A stretch of DNA of 64,000 nt. It comes from Sulfolobales archaeon. GTDB lineage: Archaea > Thermoproteota > Thermoprotei_A > Sulfolobales > NBVN01. This document shows, one piece after another, positions 1 to 9,593 of the stretch; the first letter of the stretch is position 1; every line of letters begins with the position of its first letter. Position numbers and translations under genes: made by a program. The DNA lies in NCBI GenBank assembly GCA_038844925.1, contig JAWBQY010000001.1, forward strand, positions 224,361 to 288,360, read 5' to 3'. The notes below the pieces were generated by a model that was not told the DNA's origin, ran no database searches, and saw nothing but the letters and a program-made list of their open reading frames with translations.

Positions 1-746
1 CCATCTTTAAACTGATTCCACCAAAGCGTGTGGTGCTTACTGATACCCCCACCAATTATCAACGCCCCCGACTTCTTAGACGTAAATACCCTATCGGATA
101 ATTCCTTCATATCCTTAAATATATCTAATTCGAACTTCGTAAATTGGGACTGTATGAAGAGTGCTGTACCAAATGCCCCATCAACTATGCCGGGGACGTA
201 AATAGGTATGTTGTTTTTAGATGCGTTATACAGTATTGAGTTAGAGTCGTTAATCCTCAGACCAGCCTCATGGAGTACTTCCCTAACCCCCCACCTAATC
301 TTTATATTAGCTAAATCGCTTACAAGTACCCTTACGAAGTCTTCTATAAGCTTCCCATAATCTGATTGATGTACAAGTATGTTACCTATCCTATGATATC
401 CTAATTTCCTTAAATTCATATCATCAACGTCGAAAGAACCCTTTAAGTACCTACCGCCCATAGCCTTAGCTATGTCATGATCTACAGCGCCGCAAGTGGT
501 TATAACTATGTTGAAAATCTTAGCCGATATTAACTGAGCTATCAGACCTCTTAAACCAGTAGCTACTAAGTTCCCCGTAAATGAGATGAACCTTAGATCT
601 GATTCGCGAACCATCTCCTCTAACACCTTAATAGCTTCGTATAAGTGCCCTGCCCCAAAGCCGTGGATATGTCCGTAGAGCTCTACAAGCTCTTCTAAAC
701 CCATGTTAGGCTTTACACGTACGTCCTTGACGGGATCTAACCGCAT
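1..746 (-). CDS. dys: Deoxyhypusine synthase (3' end runs off the window; absent from the ORF track)
   Basis: Manual translation from ATG at 746: MRLDPVKDVRVKPNMGLEELVELYGHIHGFGAGHL...FISFTGNLVATGLRGLIAQLI...IVITTCGAVDHDIAKA, which carries DHS NAD-binding motifs. Confidence 0.9.
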   Translation of the reverse strand, partial: MRLDPVKDVRVKPNMGLEELVELYGHIHGFGAGHLYEAIKVLEEMVRESDLRFISFTGNLVATGLRGLIAQLISAKIFNIVITTCGAVDHDIAKAMGGRYLKGSFDVDDMNLRKLGYHRIGNILVHQSDYGKLIEDFVRVLVSDLANIKIRWGVREVLHEAGLRINDSNSILYNASKNNIPIYVPGIVDGAFGTALFIQSQFTKFELDIFKDMKELSDRVFTSKKSGALIIGGGISKHHTLWWNQFKD

Positions 747-2027
747 TTAATGCTCACCTAGTCTAGACAGCTCAGATACGTCGAGCTCGCCTTGCCACTT
801 AGTAATTAAGTTCTTAACCGTTACTTTTGAGGACTTAAGTTCTTTCTCACCTATGAGTACTACATATTTATAACCTTTCTTACTTGCAAGTCCTAATACA
901 TCTCCTAACTTACCCTTACTTGTAAACCTTACGCTTGTAGCGTAACCAGCATTCCTCAGAGTACTCGCAATAATATCTACGTATACGTAGTCATCAATGA
1001 GTGATATAAGCATAACCTTATCAAAACTGCTTAACTTATCGGTAAGCCCTAAATTCTTTAATGCTAGGTAAGTTCTCTCAACACCTAATGCGAAACCTGT
1101 TGAAGGTGTTGGCGGTCCTCCATACAACTCAACCAAGTTGTCATACCTGCCCCCACCGCCAATACTTACGTTTAAGTTAGGCACTATGACCTCGAATATT
1201 AGTCCTGTGTAGTAGGCTAAACCCCTAGCAAAGCTTAAGTCTATAATGACATTACCAACATTTAACGCCTTCATCAGAGATGTAATTTCATATAACTTCT
1301 TAATCCTGCTAATAGCTTCTTCAGGCATGCCTAACGTCTTAGTAGTTTCAAGTAATTCCTCAGGGTTTTCAGTCCTCACCTTAGTCACCTCATCAAATAG
1401 TTTTAAGTCAGCACTGCTATATCCACGCAATATCTTAACTGCCTCATCATATAGTTTTTTATCCATGTAGTGAAGTATTAGGTCTTGAACCTCTTCACCT
1501 ACACCCCATAACGTAAATAAAGTCCTCAGTATGCCTACATCGTTGATCTTTATTGAGTACTCACTCAGACCTAACGATTTATAGTAATCCCTCAGTATTA
1601 AGAATAACTCTAAGTCCGAGTATAAGCTACTATCACCTATTAACTCCACCCCCATCTGATAGAACTCCCTATACCTCCCAAGTTGAGGTTCCTCATACCT
1701 AAACGCATTACCTACGTAGAACACTTTAACAGGCTTTGGCTCAGCCAGCATAGACCTAATATACATTCTTACAACACTTGCTGTTAACTCAGGCCTTAAG
1801 CATACCTCCCTACCAGCCTTATCGCGGAAGACGTACATAGACCTACTGATTTCAGGACCTGACTTAGTAGCAAATAACTCAAATAACTCCACGGTTGGTG
1901 GGATTACCTCACTATAGCCGTAAGACCTAACAACATCTACGAACTTCTTAGTTATAATCCTCATAAGCTCTGATTCTGGTGGCAGTATGTCTCGAAAACC
2001 CCTAACGGGCTCTACTTTAAATGTCAT
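747..2027 (-). CDS. hisS: Histidyl-tRNA synthetase
   Basis: RGFRD, LRPELTASV, FRYEEPQLGRYREFYQ, RGLAYYTG and GGGRYDNL motifs. Confidence 0.97.
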   Translation of the reverse strand: MTFKVEPVRGFRDILPPESELMRIITKKFVDVVRSYGYSEVIPPTVELFELFATKSGPEISRSMYVFRDKAGREVCLRPELTASVVRMYIRSMLAEPKPVKVFYVGNAFRYEEPQLGRYREFYQMGVELIGDSSLYSDLELFLILRDYYKSLGLSEYSIKINDVGILRTLFTLWGVGEEVQDLILHYMDKKLYDEAVKILRGYSSADLKLFDEVTKVRTENPEELLETTKTLGMPEEAISRIKKLYEITSLMKALNVGNVIIDLSFARGLAYYTGLIFEVIVPNLNVSIGGGGRYDNLVELYGGPPTPSTGFALGVERTYLALKNLGLTDKLSSFDKVMLISLIDDYVYVDIIASTLRNAGYATSVRFTSKGKLGDVLGLASKKGYKYVVLIGEKELKSSKVTVKNLITKWQGELDVSELSRLGEH

Positions 2028-2530
2028 ACTATTACCTCTTTTAGGTCGCGGGCTCTGACGCTGAGGAGTTCGTAGTAAGTTACGTCGCCATGCGCGTCCA
2101 CAACAGCTATTAGTGGTTCGTACTCCTTAGACAGCGCTGATGATAGCCAGCTAACTAATTCGTTAGGTGTTATTGGGGAGTTCTCCTCAGTTACGTATAC
2201 TAAGTACCTGCCATCACGTTCGAATATTAGGGAATTATCCGAGAAGCCTGCCTTAGCCTTCCTCCCCCTCTCCCTCAAATCGCATAATACAACAAATTTA
2301 ATCCAGTCGTTAGGACTTCTCGAATACTTAGTGAAGAGCTCATCAAGCGTTAACTCCTTACCGTCTACTAGTAACCTACCTAACTTCTTGTAGATTAGGT
2401 AGGCAACTTCAGAAATATCTAATACTATAGCATTTAGAGATTTTACGTAATTACCTAGGTTTAACTCTCTAACCTCGTCTAAGCCCTCAAGGACTACAAA
2501 CTTGCCGTCCCTGACGTATATCTCTAACAC
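2024..2530 (-). CDS. tRNA-splicing endonuclease, structural (non-catalytic) subunit
   Basis: EndA-like fold (DLRERG, LIAVVDAHGDVTYY) without the catalytic KFG..F..Y / His motifs, as in the crenarchaeal heteromeric enzyme. Confidence 0.75.
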   Translation of the reverse strand: MLEIYVRDGKFVVLEGLDEVRELNLGNYVKSLNAIVLDISEVAYLIYKKLGRLLVDGKELTLDELFTKYSRSPNDWIKFVVLCDLRERGRKAKAGFSDNSLIFERDGRYLVYVTEENSPITPNELVSWLSSALSKEYEPLIAVVDAHGDVTYYELLSVRARDLKEVIV

Positions 2531-2607
2531 TTACTGACCACCTAATCATATGATTAAGACTATTAAGTTTATAACTGTGTGCTAAGACCCAATAACTAGG
2601 TAATGAG

Positions 2608-3648
2608 ATGGAGGTTAGAACGATTGAGTGGGTTGACGGTAGAGTAAGATGGTTGAATACCATGTTACTCCCACATGAGGAGGTTTACGAGGAGACATCG
2701 GATTATGAGAGGGTTGCAGCAGCTATAGAGAGGATGGAGATAAGGGGTGCACCGGCAATAGGTGTTGCAGCAGCATTTGGTGTGGCTCTAGCAGCATATA
2801 ACTATAGCTATGCCGACTTAGGTGAGTTTAAATCGTTCTTACTTAAAGTAGTTGAGAGGTTTGCTAGGACGAGACCAACTGCTGTGAATCTTTTCTGGGC
2901 GTTAGATAGGGTTAAATCAATAATAACTAATTACTCAGGAAGTGTTGAGGGACTTAAAGACCTATTAGTTAGGGAAGCAATCAGAATTTACGAACATGAT
3001 ATAGAGGTTAATAGAAAGATAGGTATTAATGGTTTAAAGTATATAGACGATGGCGATACGATACTAACACACTGTAATGCAGGTGCTCTAGCTACAGCTG
3101 GTTACGGAACTGCTTTAGGTGTTATTAGAGCTGCTTGGCACTCGGGGAAGAAGGTTAAGGTAATAGCAACTGAGACTAGGCCGGTACTTCAAGGTGCTAG
3201 ACTAACTGTATGGGAGTTGAAGAAGGAGGGAATACCGGTGAAGTTAATAACGGATAATATGGTTGGATACGTAATGAGTAAAGGGTTAGTAGATAAGGTT
3301 ATAGTAGGTGCTGATAGGATATTGCTATCGGGACATGTTATTAATAAAATAGGTACGTATACGATTTCAGTAGTAGCTTCCAGGCATGAAATACCTTTTC
3401 TAGTCGCAGCTCCTAAATCAACGATAGATCTGAATACGAGGATTGATGAGGTAATTATTGAGGAGAGGAATCCTGATGAAGTTAGATACGTATTAGGTAA
3501 GACCTTAATCACTCTACCTGATGTGGAGGTATTAAACCCAGCATTCGATATAACACCGCCTGAACTAGTCTCAGCAATTATTACTGAGGATGGAGTTGCT
3601 GAGAAACCCCTAGATGTTAACATACCTAAACTCTTTAGCAGTAAGTAG
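2608..3648 (+). CDS. mtnA: Methylthioribose-1-phosphate isomerase (eIF2B-alpha-like family)
   Basis: [54 protein letters not shown]. Confidence 0.92.
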   Translation: MEVRTIEWVDGRVRWLNTMLLPHEEVYEETSDYERVAAAIERMEIRGAPAIGVAAAFGVALAAYNYSYADLGEFKSFLLKVVERFARTRPTAVNLFWALDRVKSIITNYSGSVEGLKDLLVREAIRIYEHDIEVNRKIGINGLKYIDDGDTILTHCNAGALATAGYGTALGVIRAAWHSGKKVKVIATETRPVLQGARLTVWELKKEGIPVKLITDNMVGYVMSKGLVDKVIVGADRILLSGHVINKIGTYTISVVASRHEIPFLVAAPKSTIDLNTRIDEVIIEERNPDEVRYVLGKTLITLPDVEVLNPAFDITPPELVSAIITEDGVAEKPLDVNIPKLFSSK

Positions 3649-3662
3649 GTTTGGGTGGTTAT

Positions 3663-4466
3663 GTGAGTAATTCCGTAGTAGCTGTAGTAAGTGGTGGTAT
3701 TGATAGTACTTCCTACTTAGCTCAATGGCTGTCTAAGGGGTATGACGCATACGTACTTACCTACAATTACGGGCAGAAGGGTATTAAGGAAGTCGAAGTA
3801 GCTAAAAGCTTAGTAGGTAGGTTAGGTAAACTAGGTGTTAAAGGTAGGGTATTAGAGTTTAAACTTATTGATATATCGTTCATGAAGGACTTATGGAGGG
3901 GAACACAACTAACTGATACAGCTGTAGTGGTTAAATCTCAATATGAACCCACAGTAGTAGTGCCCATAAGGAACGTCATACTGTTATCAATAGCTACCGC
4001 ATATGCGTATACGGTTAACGCTGGGTATGTAATATATGGCGCACACTACGACGACGTCCTACCCAGACCCGATACGGGGGAGCCTAAATACCCTGACTGC
4101 TCTCCAGAGTGTATTGAATCTCTGCAGGCAGCCCTTAGAATATGTCACTTCAGGAGCTGTAGGAGTGTTGAAATCTGGAGCCCAAGCCGTGAAGGGTTGA
4201 GTAAGTCTGAAAACCTGCGGAGGGGTTATAAAGTACTTGGAGACTTAATATACGATACGTGGAGCTGCTACTTAAGCGGTAACCACCACTGCGGTAGGTG
4301 TGAGAGCTGCTTTAATAGGCATGAGGCCTTTCTCAAAGCAGGGATCCCGGACTGCACCATCTATGAGGTATACCCTAAACTATCACCTGATGATGAATGC
4401 TACGAAGTTGATGGTGGCTACGTAAGTAAGACATGCATGGAGTTAAAGCATTACAGTCAGGTTTAA
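3663..4466 (+). CDS. queC: 7-cyano-7-deazaguanine synthase (preQ0; archaeosine pathway)
   Basis: SGGIDS PP-loop, YNYGQK, VPIRN, YPDC and TWSCY...HCGRCESC zinc motif; GTG at 3663 follows a GGTGG SD. Confidence 0.9.
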   Translation: MSNSVVAVVSGGIDSTSYLAQWLSKGYDAYVLTYNYGQKGIKEVEVAKSLVGRLGKLGVKGRVLEFKLIDISFMKDLWRGTQLTDTAVVVKSQYEPTVVVPIRNVILLSIATAYAYTVNAGYVIYGAHYDDVLPRPDTGEPKYPDCSPECIESLQAALRICHFRSCRSVEIWSPSREGLSKSENLRRGYKVLGDLIYDTWSCYLSGNHHCGRCESCFNRHEAFLKAGIPDCTIYEVYPKLSPDDECYEVDGGYVSKTCMELKHYSQV

Positions 4467-4511
4467 TAGATGCTTTAATTTTAAGAGTGTCCATTAATTT
4501 GGGAGGTGTAG

Positions 4512-5159
4512 ATGTCAGAAGTAGTTAAGTATGTAAAATCCATAGAGGACTTACTTAAGTTGAAAGATTCTGTGAGGGAGTTCTTAATTAAGGCTGTGAG
4601 GGATATAACACGTGAGTCAAGCCTAGCCATTACTTACGTACATTTAGGTATGGTGGCTGAGGCAGAAGAACTTCTAAATAATTTGAAGATTAAAGTAGCT
4701 GAACTAGACGGTAAACTCACCCAGCATCCAGAACTTAAATACTCCAACCTATACCTCACAGCCATTACGGAATACGTAGAAGCTATCCAATTCTTCAACT
4801 TAGTAAAGTATAGGAAGTTGAAATCTTCGGAGGAGTTGGAAGTCCACTACATACCATACCTACAGGGAATGTTAGACTTAGTGGGTGAGCTTAAGAGATA
4901 CGCATTAGAGTTAGTTATATCTGGTAAGCTCGGCGATGCCTGGGAATACTTCAACATAGCTAATGAAATATACGAATCTATTAAAGTATTAGACTATCCT
5001 GAAGCCCTAATACCAGGAGTCAGACATAAGGTCGACGTAGCGAGGAGAGTTATTGAGGACTTAAGAGAGTTCTTAATAGACGTAGAACTACGTATCAAAC
5101 TTATAAACGCTTTAAATAAGGCGCTCTCCAATAAATCTGAAGAACCACCGCGAATTTAG
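4512..5159 (+). CDS. Translin/TRAX family RNA-binding protein
   Basis: EYVEA, YLQGMLDLVGELKR and RHKVDVAR translin motifs. Confidence 0.85.
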   Translation: MSEVVKYVKSIEDLLKLKDSVREFLIKAVRDITRESSLAITYVHLGMVAEAEELLNNLKIKVAELDGKLTQHPELKYSNLYLTAITEYVEAIQFFNLVKYRKLKSSEELEVHYIPYLQGMLDLVGELKRYALELVISGKLGDAWEYFNIANEIYESIKVLDYPEALIPGVRHKVDVARRVIEDLREFLIDVELRIKLINALNKALSNKSEEPPRI

Positions 5160-5165
5160 AGTAAG

Positions 5166-5252
5166 TCCCGCCGGGGGGATTCGAACCCCCGACCACCCGG
5201 TAACCGCGCCCCCACACTACAGCCGGGCGCTCTACCGCTGAGCTACGGCGGG
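5166..5252 (-). tRNA. tRNA-Tyr(GTA) with a 15-nt intron at 37/38 (5202-5216)
   Basis: CCCGCCG/CGGCGGG acceptor stem, A73, GTTCGAATC T-loop, CT-GTA-G anticodon loop; BHB central helix CUGU/GCGG. Confidence 0.95.
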
Positions 5253-5326
5253 CTGTAGAACCACTAGAATACTCAGACCCAAAACTTATAAATTTTCCAT
5301 AAATTCTAAATACCATTCGCAGTAGT

Positions 5327-5366
5327 GGAAAAACTCTCACTCTTTAGGATTGGAGGGAGTTTTCAG
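5327..5366 (+). mobile_element. Degenerate IS200/IS605-type end hairpin
   Basis: GAAAAACTCTCACTCTTTAGGATTGGAGGGAGTTTTCAG is a hairpin resembling crenarchaeal IS605 ends (recalled pattern CCCTCGCCCTTTAGGGCGGGGAGGAGGTCAG); no transposase nearby. Confidence 0.4.
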
Positions 5367-5424
5367 CCATTAGGGGTAAATTACTTAAATACTTATCAAG
5401 CTGAGATTTAATGAGGGTATCACC

Positions 5425-5964
5425 ATCTTTAGAAGGAAGTCTGATAGTAGGTATGACCTTGTTAAATTACTGCATTATCTTAAACTATGTTATGGTAGGG
5501 TAAATTTCCTACTATCTAAGGTTACATCAAAGATCGAGGTATTAAATTCTAGGTTAAGCCGCTCCGAAGGTCCTGAAAGTAGTAAAACCTTAGTTAAGGA
5601 ATTAGAAAGTCTTAGAATGCTAGCTCGTTCACTAGCTAAGATGTCAGCCATCCTTGAGGTCCTCATCATCAGGGTTGAAACCCTAACACTTCTTAACCTT
5701 ACAGCTAAGGACCTAGCAGTAATTAAAAACGTGGTTCAAGAGCTGAAGAGATACTCATTCAACATCCCCGAGCTCTCAATAATTATTGAGGATATAGATG
5801 ATAAGGTCAACGACTTAATACATGATACTAAGGGAGGCTTCAGCGAATCAAGCATGAATATCGTAGTAAGTGATGATGCTAGGAAGATAATTAATGAGGC
5901 AGAATTAATTGCTGAATCAAAACTTAAGGATTTAACCAAGAATTTAAATACTGTTAAGATTTGA
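5425..5964 (+). CDS. ESCRT-III/CdvB-paralog-like coiled-coil protein; probable ATC start
   Basis: Frame is open from 5389; C-terminal VSDDARKIINEAELIAESKLK and ILEVLIIRVETL resemble crenarchaeal Snf7/CdvB proteins; first ATG (5617) truncates the helical N-terminus. Confidence 0.6.
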   Translation: MFRRKSDSRYDLVKLLHYLKLCYGRVNFLLSKVTSKIEVLNSRLSRSEGPESSKTLVKELESLRMLARSLAKMSAILEVLIIRVETLTLLNLTAKDLAVIKNVVQELKRYSFNIPELSIIIEDIDDKVNDLIHDTKGGFSESSMNIVVSDDARKIINEAELIAESKLKDLTKNLNTVKI

Positions 5965-6625
5965 CTACGTACTTACCGTCTGATATTCCCAGAAAGCCAT
6001 TCTCAACCAATAAGTTAACAGCATCTTTAAAGTAATCTAATCCAACATCAATGCCGTAGAACTCTTTAAACTTCATAATTATCTCCTCTAAAGTCCATTC
6101 CTTCTTACTCGAACTCTCCTCTAAGAGCATTCTCCTAATGAATTGGTAGGTATCCTCAAGCCTGGTCCACGGATACTGGAACCAGTACCATTCCTTAACC
6201 TCAATTAAGTAGAAGTCAGGTTTTAACTTAGCTACTGGTGAAATCCATTGAAGGGCAGCTATTTTAACGTCGTCAGGCCTCCATTCATTCACTATGAAAT
6301 TCTTAGCAAGTATTAAGGACTCGCCAGTATCAACTATATCATCAACTAATAATACCTTCATACCGCTTAAATCCACAGTATATTTAAACTTAATTAATGC
6401 TTTTTCAGCAACCTTAGCTGCTTCAGTCCAATGCTGGCTTTGAATCGACAGTAAGTTCTCAACATTTAGGAAGTCGCATAGAAGTCTTGCAGGCACGTAG
6501 CCACCTCTAGCTACAGCAACTATGACATCTGGCTTAAAGCCAGATGCCTTAACGATCTTGGAGAGCTCTCTCGACCACTCAACTATTTCATCCCATGAAA
6601 CTAATTTCACAGGGACTTTAACCAG
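5954..6625 (-). CDS. Purine phosphoribosyltransferase (HGXPRT-like); probable CTG start at 6625
   Basis: AVARGG, VLLVDDIVDTGES PRPP-binding motif, WFQYPW; upstream in-frame CTG-GTT-AAA-GTC-CCT-GTG. Confidence 0.88.
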   Translation of the reverse strand: MVKVPVKLVSWDEIVEWSRELSKIVKASGFKPDVIVAVARGGYVPARLLCDFLNVENLLSIQSQHWTEAAKVAEKALIKFKYTVDLSGMKVLLVDDIVDTGESLILAKNFIVNEWRPDDVKIAALQWISPVAKLKPDFYLIEVKEWYWFQYPWTRLEDTYQFIRRMLLEESSSKKEWTLEEIIMKFKEFYGIDVGLDYFKDAVNLLVENGFLGISDGKYVVKS

Positions 6626-6738
6626 GACAACCCCTTACTATTTAAACCTTTGGAGAATTCATAAATTTTACGATTAGAGCTAAGGAGCTTAGCTACATCT
6701 AACTTAGTGTGAAAGCGCCCCTGCAGGGGGTTAGGAGG

Positions 6739-7539
6739 CTAACCTGATGTAATTACCCCTCCCCTACTAATAAAGCTTGACATCAACTCCCTAACTACTT
6801 CGTCAGCTATTCCCTCAGCCTCCTCCTTAAGCTTACTTGAAACGCATACATATACTGATAATATCGGCTTTCCTAGTTCAGTACCCTTAGGTTGAGTCTT
6901 AATGTATACGTTTGAATACTTTTTAAGTAGCTTGTTTACTGATTCTGCTGCCGATGATTCTGGGAGGTTCCTCACCTCAAACTCACGTTCGGCTAGGAAT
7001 ATTTTAGGACCTCTAGCCATGAGTAGAGGTACTACGTATTCCTCAAACATAACTTCCATCTCCTTAGGAACTCCAGGCAATGAAATTACCATCCTATCAT
7101 CTACATCTACATGTATTCCAGGCGCTGTACCAACCCTATTAGGTATGGGTTTAGCGCCTTTAGGTAGCATAGCCATCTTTACCCTCTCTTGAGTTAGAGG
7201 TAGATTTAATGCAGCATATTTACTCTTAACCATCTCGAAGGCTTCCTGATTTAAATCCAATGGAAGTCCTAAGGCCTTAGCTAAAGCTTCTGAAGTCCTA
7301 TCATCATATGTAGGGCCTAAACCACCAGTAGTTATAATTACCTTAGAAGTGGGTAGGACGTACTTAATGAACTGAGATATTAGGTCTACGTCATCGACTA
7401 AGGAAATATTACCCAATACATCATAGCCGAGTAGGACTAAGCGCCTTCCGAGAAATGCTGAGTTAGTATTAATCACCCTACCATGAACTACTTCATTGCC
7501 TATGGTGAATATCCAAGCAGTGTAGTTACCCCCACCCAC
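6739..7539 (-). CDS. CinA-like / molybdopterin-binding domain protein
   Basis: IGNEVVHGRVINTNS, TTGGLGPTYDDRT, GTAPG, LPGVPKEM. Confidence 0.88.
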   Translation of the reverse strand: MGGGNYTAWIFTIGNEVVHGRVINTNSAFLGRRLVLLGYDVLGNISLVDDVDLISQFIKYVLPTSKVIITTGGLGPTYDDRTSEALAKALGLPLDLNQEAFEMVKSKYAALNLPLTQERVKMAMLPKGAKPIPNRVGTAPGIHVDVDDRMVISLPGVPKEMEVMFEEYVVPLLMARGPKIFLAEREFEVRNLPESSAAESVNKLLKKYSNVYIKTQPKGTELGKPILSVYVCVSSKLKEEAEGIADEVVRELMSSFISRGGVITSG

Positions 7540-8113
7540 TGCCTAACACCTTAATAACATGTACTACCCTCTGTATTATAGTTAACGTATTCAGTAGGAC
7601 CATAAGCAATAATAGATAATTACCTACTAAGACCCAGCCAGCCGACGCCACCACAGCAACTAATATCATTATAATAACCCTCTCACCTCTCTCTAAAATT
7701 CCAATACCCTCAAGCCTGATACCTAAGGACTCAGCCCTACACCTAATATAACTAACTAGTAGTGAGGTTGGAATAGCTACTAGGATTAAGTAAGCATTAA
7801 TGCCTAAGTAGTTAAAAGAGATTAAGTAGGATGTGTCTGAAACCCTGTCGCAGAATGAATCTATAAAAGCTCCTAAGGTAGTAGTCTTCGAAGTAGCCCG
7901 AGCTACAGCACCATCCAACCAATCAAGTACTGCGGAAATTACCATGAGCGTAGGTATTAGCCAGTAAACCCCTACAATACCTGAGGGTATGGTAGTTAAC
8001 GCCGTTAAAACGCCGAGAAGTGTTAGTAGGTTAGGTGATATACCATATTTTCCTAAGGCAGTACCCACCTTCAGACTTATAGGTAGTAACGCATCTCTAA
8101 ACCTACCTAACAT
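7526..8113 (-). CDS. CDP-alcohol phosphatidyltransferase (archaetidylinositol phosphate synthase-like)
   Basis: DWLDGAVAR...GAFIDSFCDRVSD signature; hydrophobic. Confidence 0.9.
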   Translation of the reverse strand: MLGRFRDALLPISLKVGTALGKYGISPNLLTLLGVLTALTTIPSGIVGVYWLIPTLMVISAVLDWLDGAVARATSKTTTLGAFIDSFCDRVSDTSYLISFNYLGINAYLILVAIPTSLLVSYIRCRAESLGIRLEGIGILERGERVIIMILVAVVASAGWVLVGNYLLLLMVLLNTLTIIQRVVHVIKVLGSGWG

Positions 8114-8207
8114 CTCTTCAAACCAATAATACTCTACATTCAGTGTTAAAACTCCATAACCAACTAATAGTTAAGTATATTACGGTTAAGTATGATAGTT
8201 AATTGAG

Positions 8208-8262
8208 TTGAATGAGGAGGAATCCGGGAACTGATGAGTGATGTATTTATGCTCGCTGACAC
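8208..8262 (+). ncRNA. Box C/D 2'-O-methylation guide sRNA
   Basis: C ATGAGGA (8212), guide GGAATCCGGGAA, D' CTGA (8231), C' GTGATGT (8238), guide ATTTATGCTCG, D CTGA (8256); intergenic. Confidence 0.75.
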
Positions 8263-8302
8263 AAATACATATTAAAACTCCTTACTACCTAATTTAATCG
8301 GT

Positions 8303-8629
8303 GTGCTAATGAGTAAAGTTAGGAAGTTAATATTAGTAACGGCTGAGCACCACCCGCTCCATAAGTACTTCACTACGTTAGCTGAGAGGGTTGCTAAGGA
8401 GTTAGGAGTTAATGTCGATGTTAGGGAGGAAGACTACGTCTTCCTAATAGAACACGGCGATACTGATGAGTTAGGTATGGCTTGGCTTCCCCAACTCCTA
8501 GCCGAATTAGATGACGGTACTATCACACTACTACTCTCTAAAGCACCTTTCGACAGTGAGTTAAAACCTGACTTAGAGAAGGGTTATGAGGAAATAACAG
8601 CTAAGTTAAGAACTATTATGAGTGGTTGA
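8303..8629 (+). CDS. Conserved crenarchaeal hypothetical protein (thioredoxin-like fold possible)
   Basis: HHPLH and EDYVFL..HGDTDELGMAWLPQL motifs; first gene of a three-gene operon. Confidence 0.7.
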   Translation: MLMSKVRKLILVTAEHHPLHKYFTTLAERVAKELGVNVDVREEDYVFLIEHGDTDELGMAWLPQLLAELDDGTITLLLSKAPFDSELKPDLEKGYEEITAKLRTIMSG

Positions 8630-9122
8630 GACTACGGCTCAAAACTACTATAGTAGGAGGGTCTTAGTACCATACGTACCGACACCTGAGGTAGTAGTTG
8701 ATAAGATGCTTCAACTAGCTAACGTAAGTCCTGACGACGTTCTCTACGACCTTGGCAGCGGGGATGGTAGGATAGTAGTACAAGCGCTAACTAAGTACGG
8801 GGTTAAGAAGGCTGTAGGAGTTGAGATTAGGGATGACCTCGTTAAGATAGCACGGTCTAAAATTAATGAGTTAAACCTAGGTGATAGAGCTCAAATATAC
8901 CACGGAGATATGTTTGAGGTAGACATATCTGAAGCTACGGTAGTAACCCTCTTCCTACTAACCAGCGTTAATAACATGTTAAGACCTAAGCTTGAGAAGG
9001 AGTTAAGAAGTGGTTCTAGAGTAGTTTCACACGAATTTGAAATTCCTGGATGGATACCAGCTAAGATTGAAGTATGTAGTGATGGATATTTAAAGCATAA
9101 GATATACCTCTACAGAAGGTGA
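8622..9122 (+). CDS. SAM-dependent methyltransferase (protein lysine methyltransferase aKMT-like)
   Basis: VPYVPTPEVVV, YDLGSGDGRIV, ATVVTLFL, RVVSHEF. Confidence 0.85.
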   Translation: MVETTAQNYYSRRVLVPYVPTPEVVVDKMLQLANVSPDDVLYDLGSGDGRIVVQALTKYGVKKAVGVEIRDDLVKIARSKINELNLGDRAQIYHGDMFEVDISEATVVTLFLLTSVNNMLRPKLEKELRSGSRVVSHEFEIPGWIPAKIEVCSDGYLKHKIYLYRR

Positions 9123-9547
9123 TCTCCATAAGCACTAAGAAGACGTTAGTACTAAGTGTTGAAAGCGGTAACATAGTAAGTTCTAAGATAGTGGAGGATG
9201 AGTTAGAAGAAGTAGTTAAGAAAATCGTAGTGGAAGTCCTACCTAAGTGGTCTCCTAAAACTTCAGACCTAATCGCTATGAAATACGAACACGAAATAAC
9301 TCTAAGACTACCGCTAAGTAAGGAACTCTATGAGACCCTATCTAAGTACGGGTTGAGTAGGAAGTCATCATCGGAGGTCATAGCAAGACTACCAGTATAT
9401 GTCATTAGCTATGAGAACAGGTGGGTTGGAGAGGACTTAATAGATGAGAAGGTCTACGTAATCTCACCATATATAAATGATGAAATAAAAAATGATGTAG
9501 AACTACTTGCTATAGATTTAACATCTCCTGCTGAAGAGGAAGAATGA
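9119..9547 (+). CDS. Conserved archaeal protein (DUF2286-like); may start at ATA 9128
   Basis: W.P..SDLI and LPVYVISYEN motifs; operonic. Confidence 0.65.
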   Translation: MISISTKKTLVLSVESGNIVSSKIVEDELEEVVKKIVVEVLPKWSPKTSDLIAMKYEHEITLRLPLSKELYETLSKYGLSRKSSSEVIARLPVYVISYENRWVGEDLIDEKVYVISPYINDEIKNDVELLAIDLTSPAEEEE

Positions 9548-9593
9548 GATAATAATTTAAGCTTAATAAACGTTTAATAAGTAGAGAGCTGAA

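Noticed and set aside
3651-4466. QueC as part of a defence or DNA-modification system
   Set aside because: Housekeeping context with no dpd/qat partner genes; archaeosine synthesis explains it
5101-5340. 79-aa minus-strand ORF
   Set aside because: It is a translation across the tRNA-Tyr gene
6675-6735. Small palindromes AGCTAAG..CTTAGCT and CCCCTGCAGGGG
   Set aside because: Short and single-copy; cannot be told from chance or simple terminator-like hairpins
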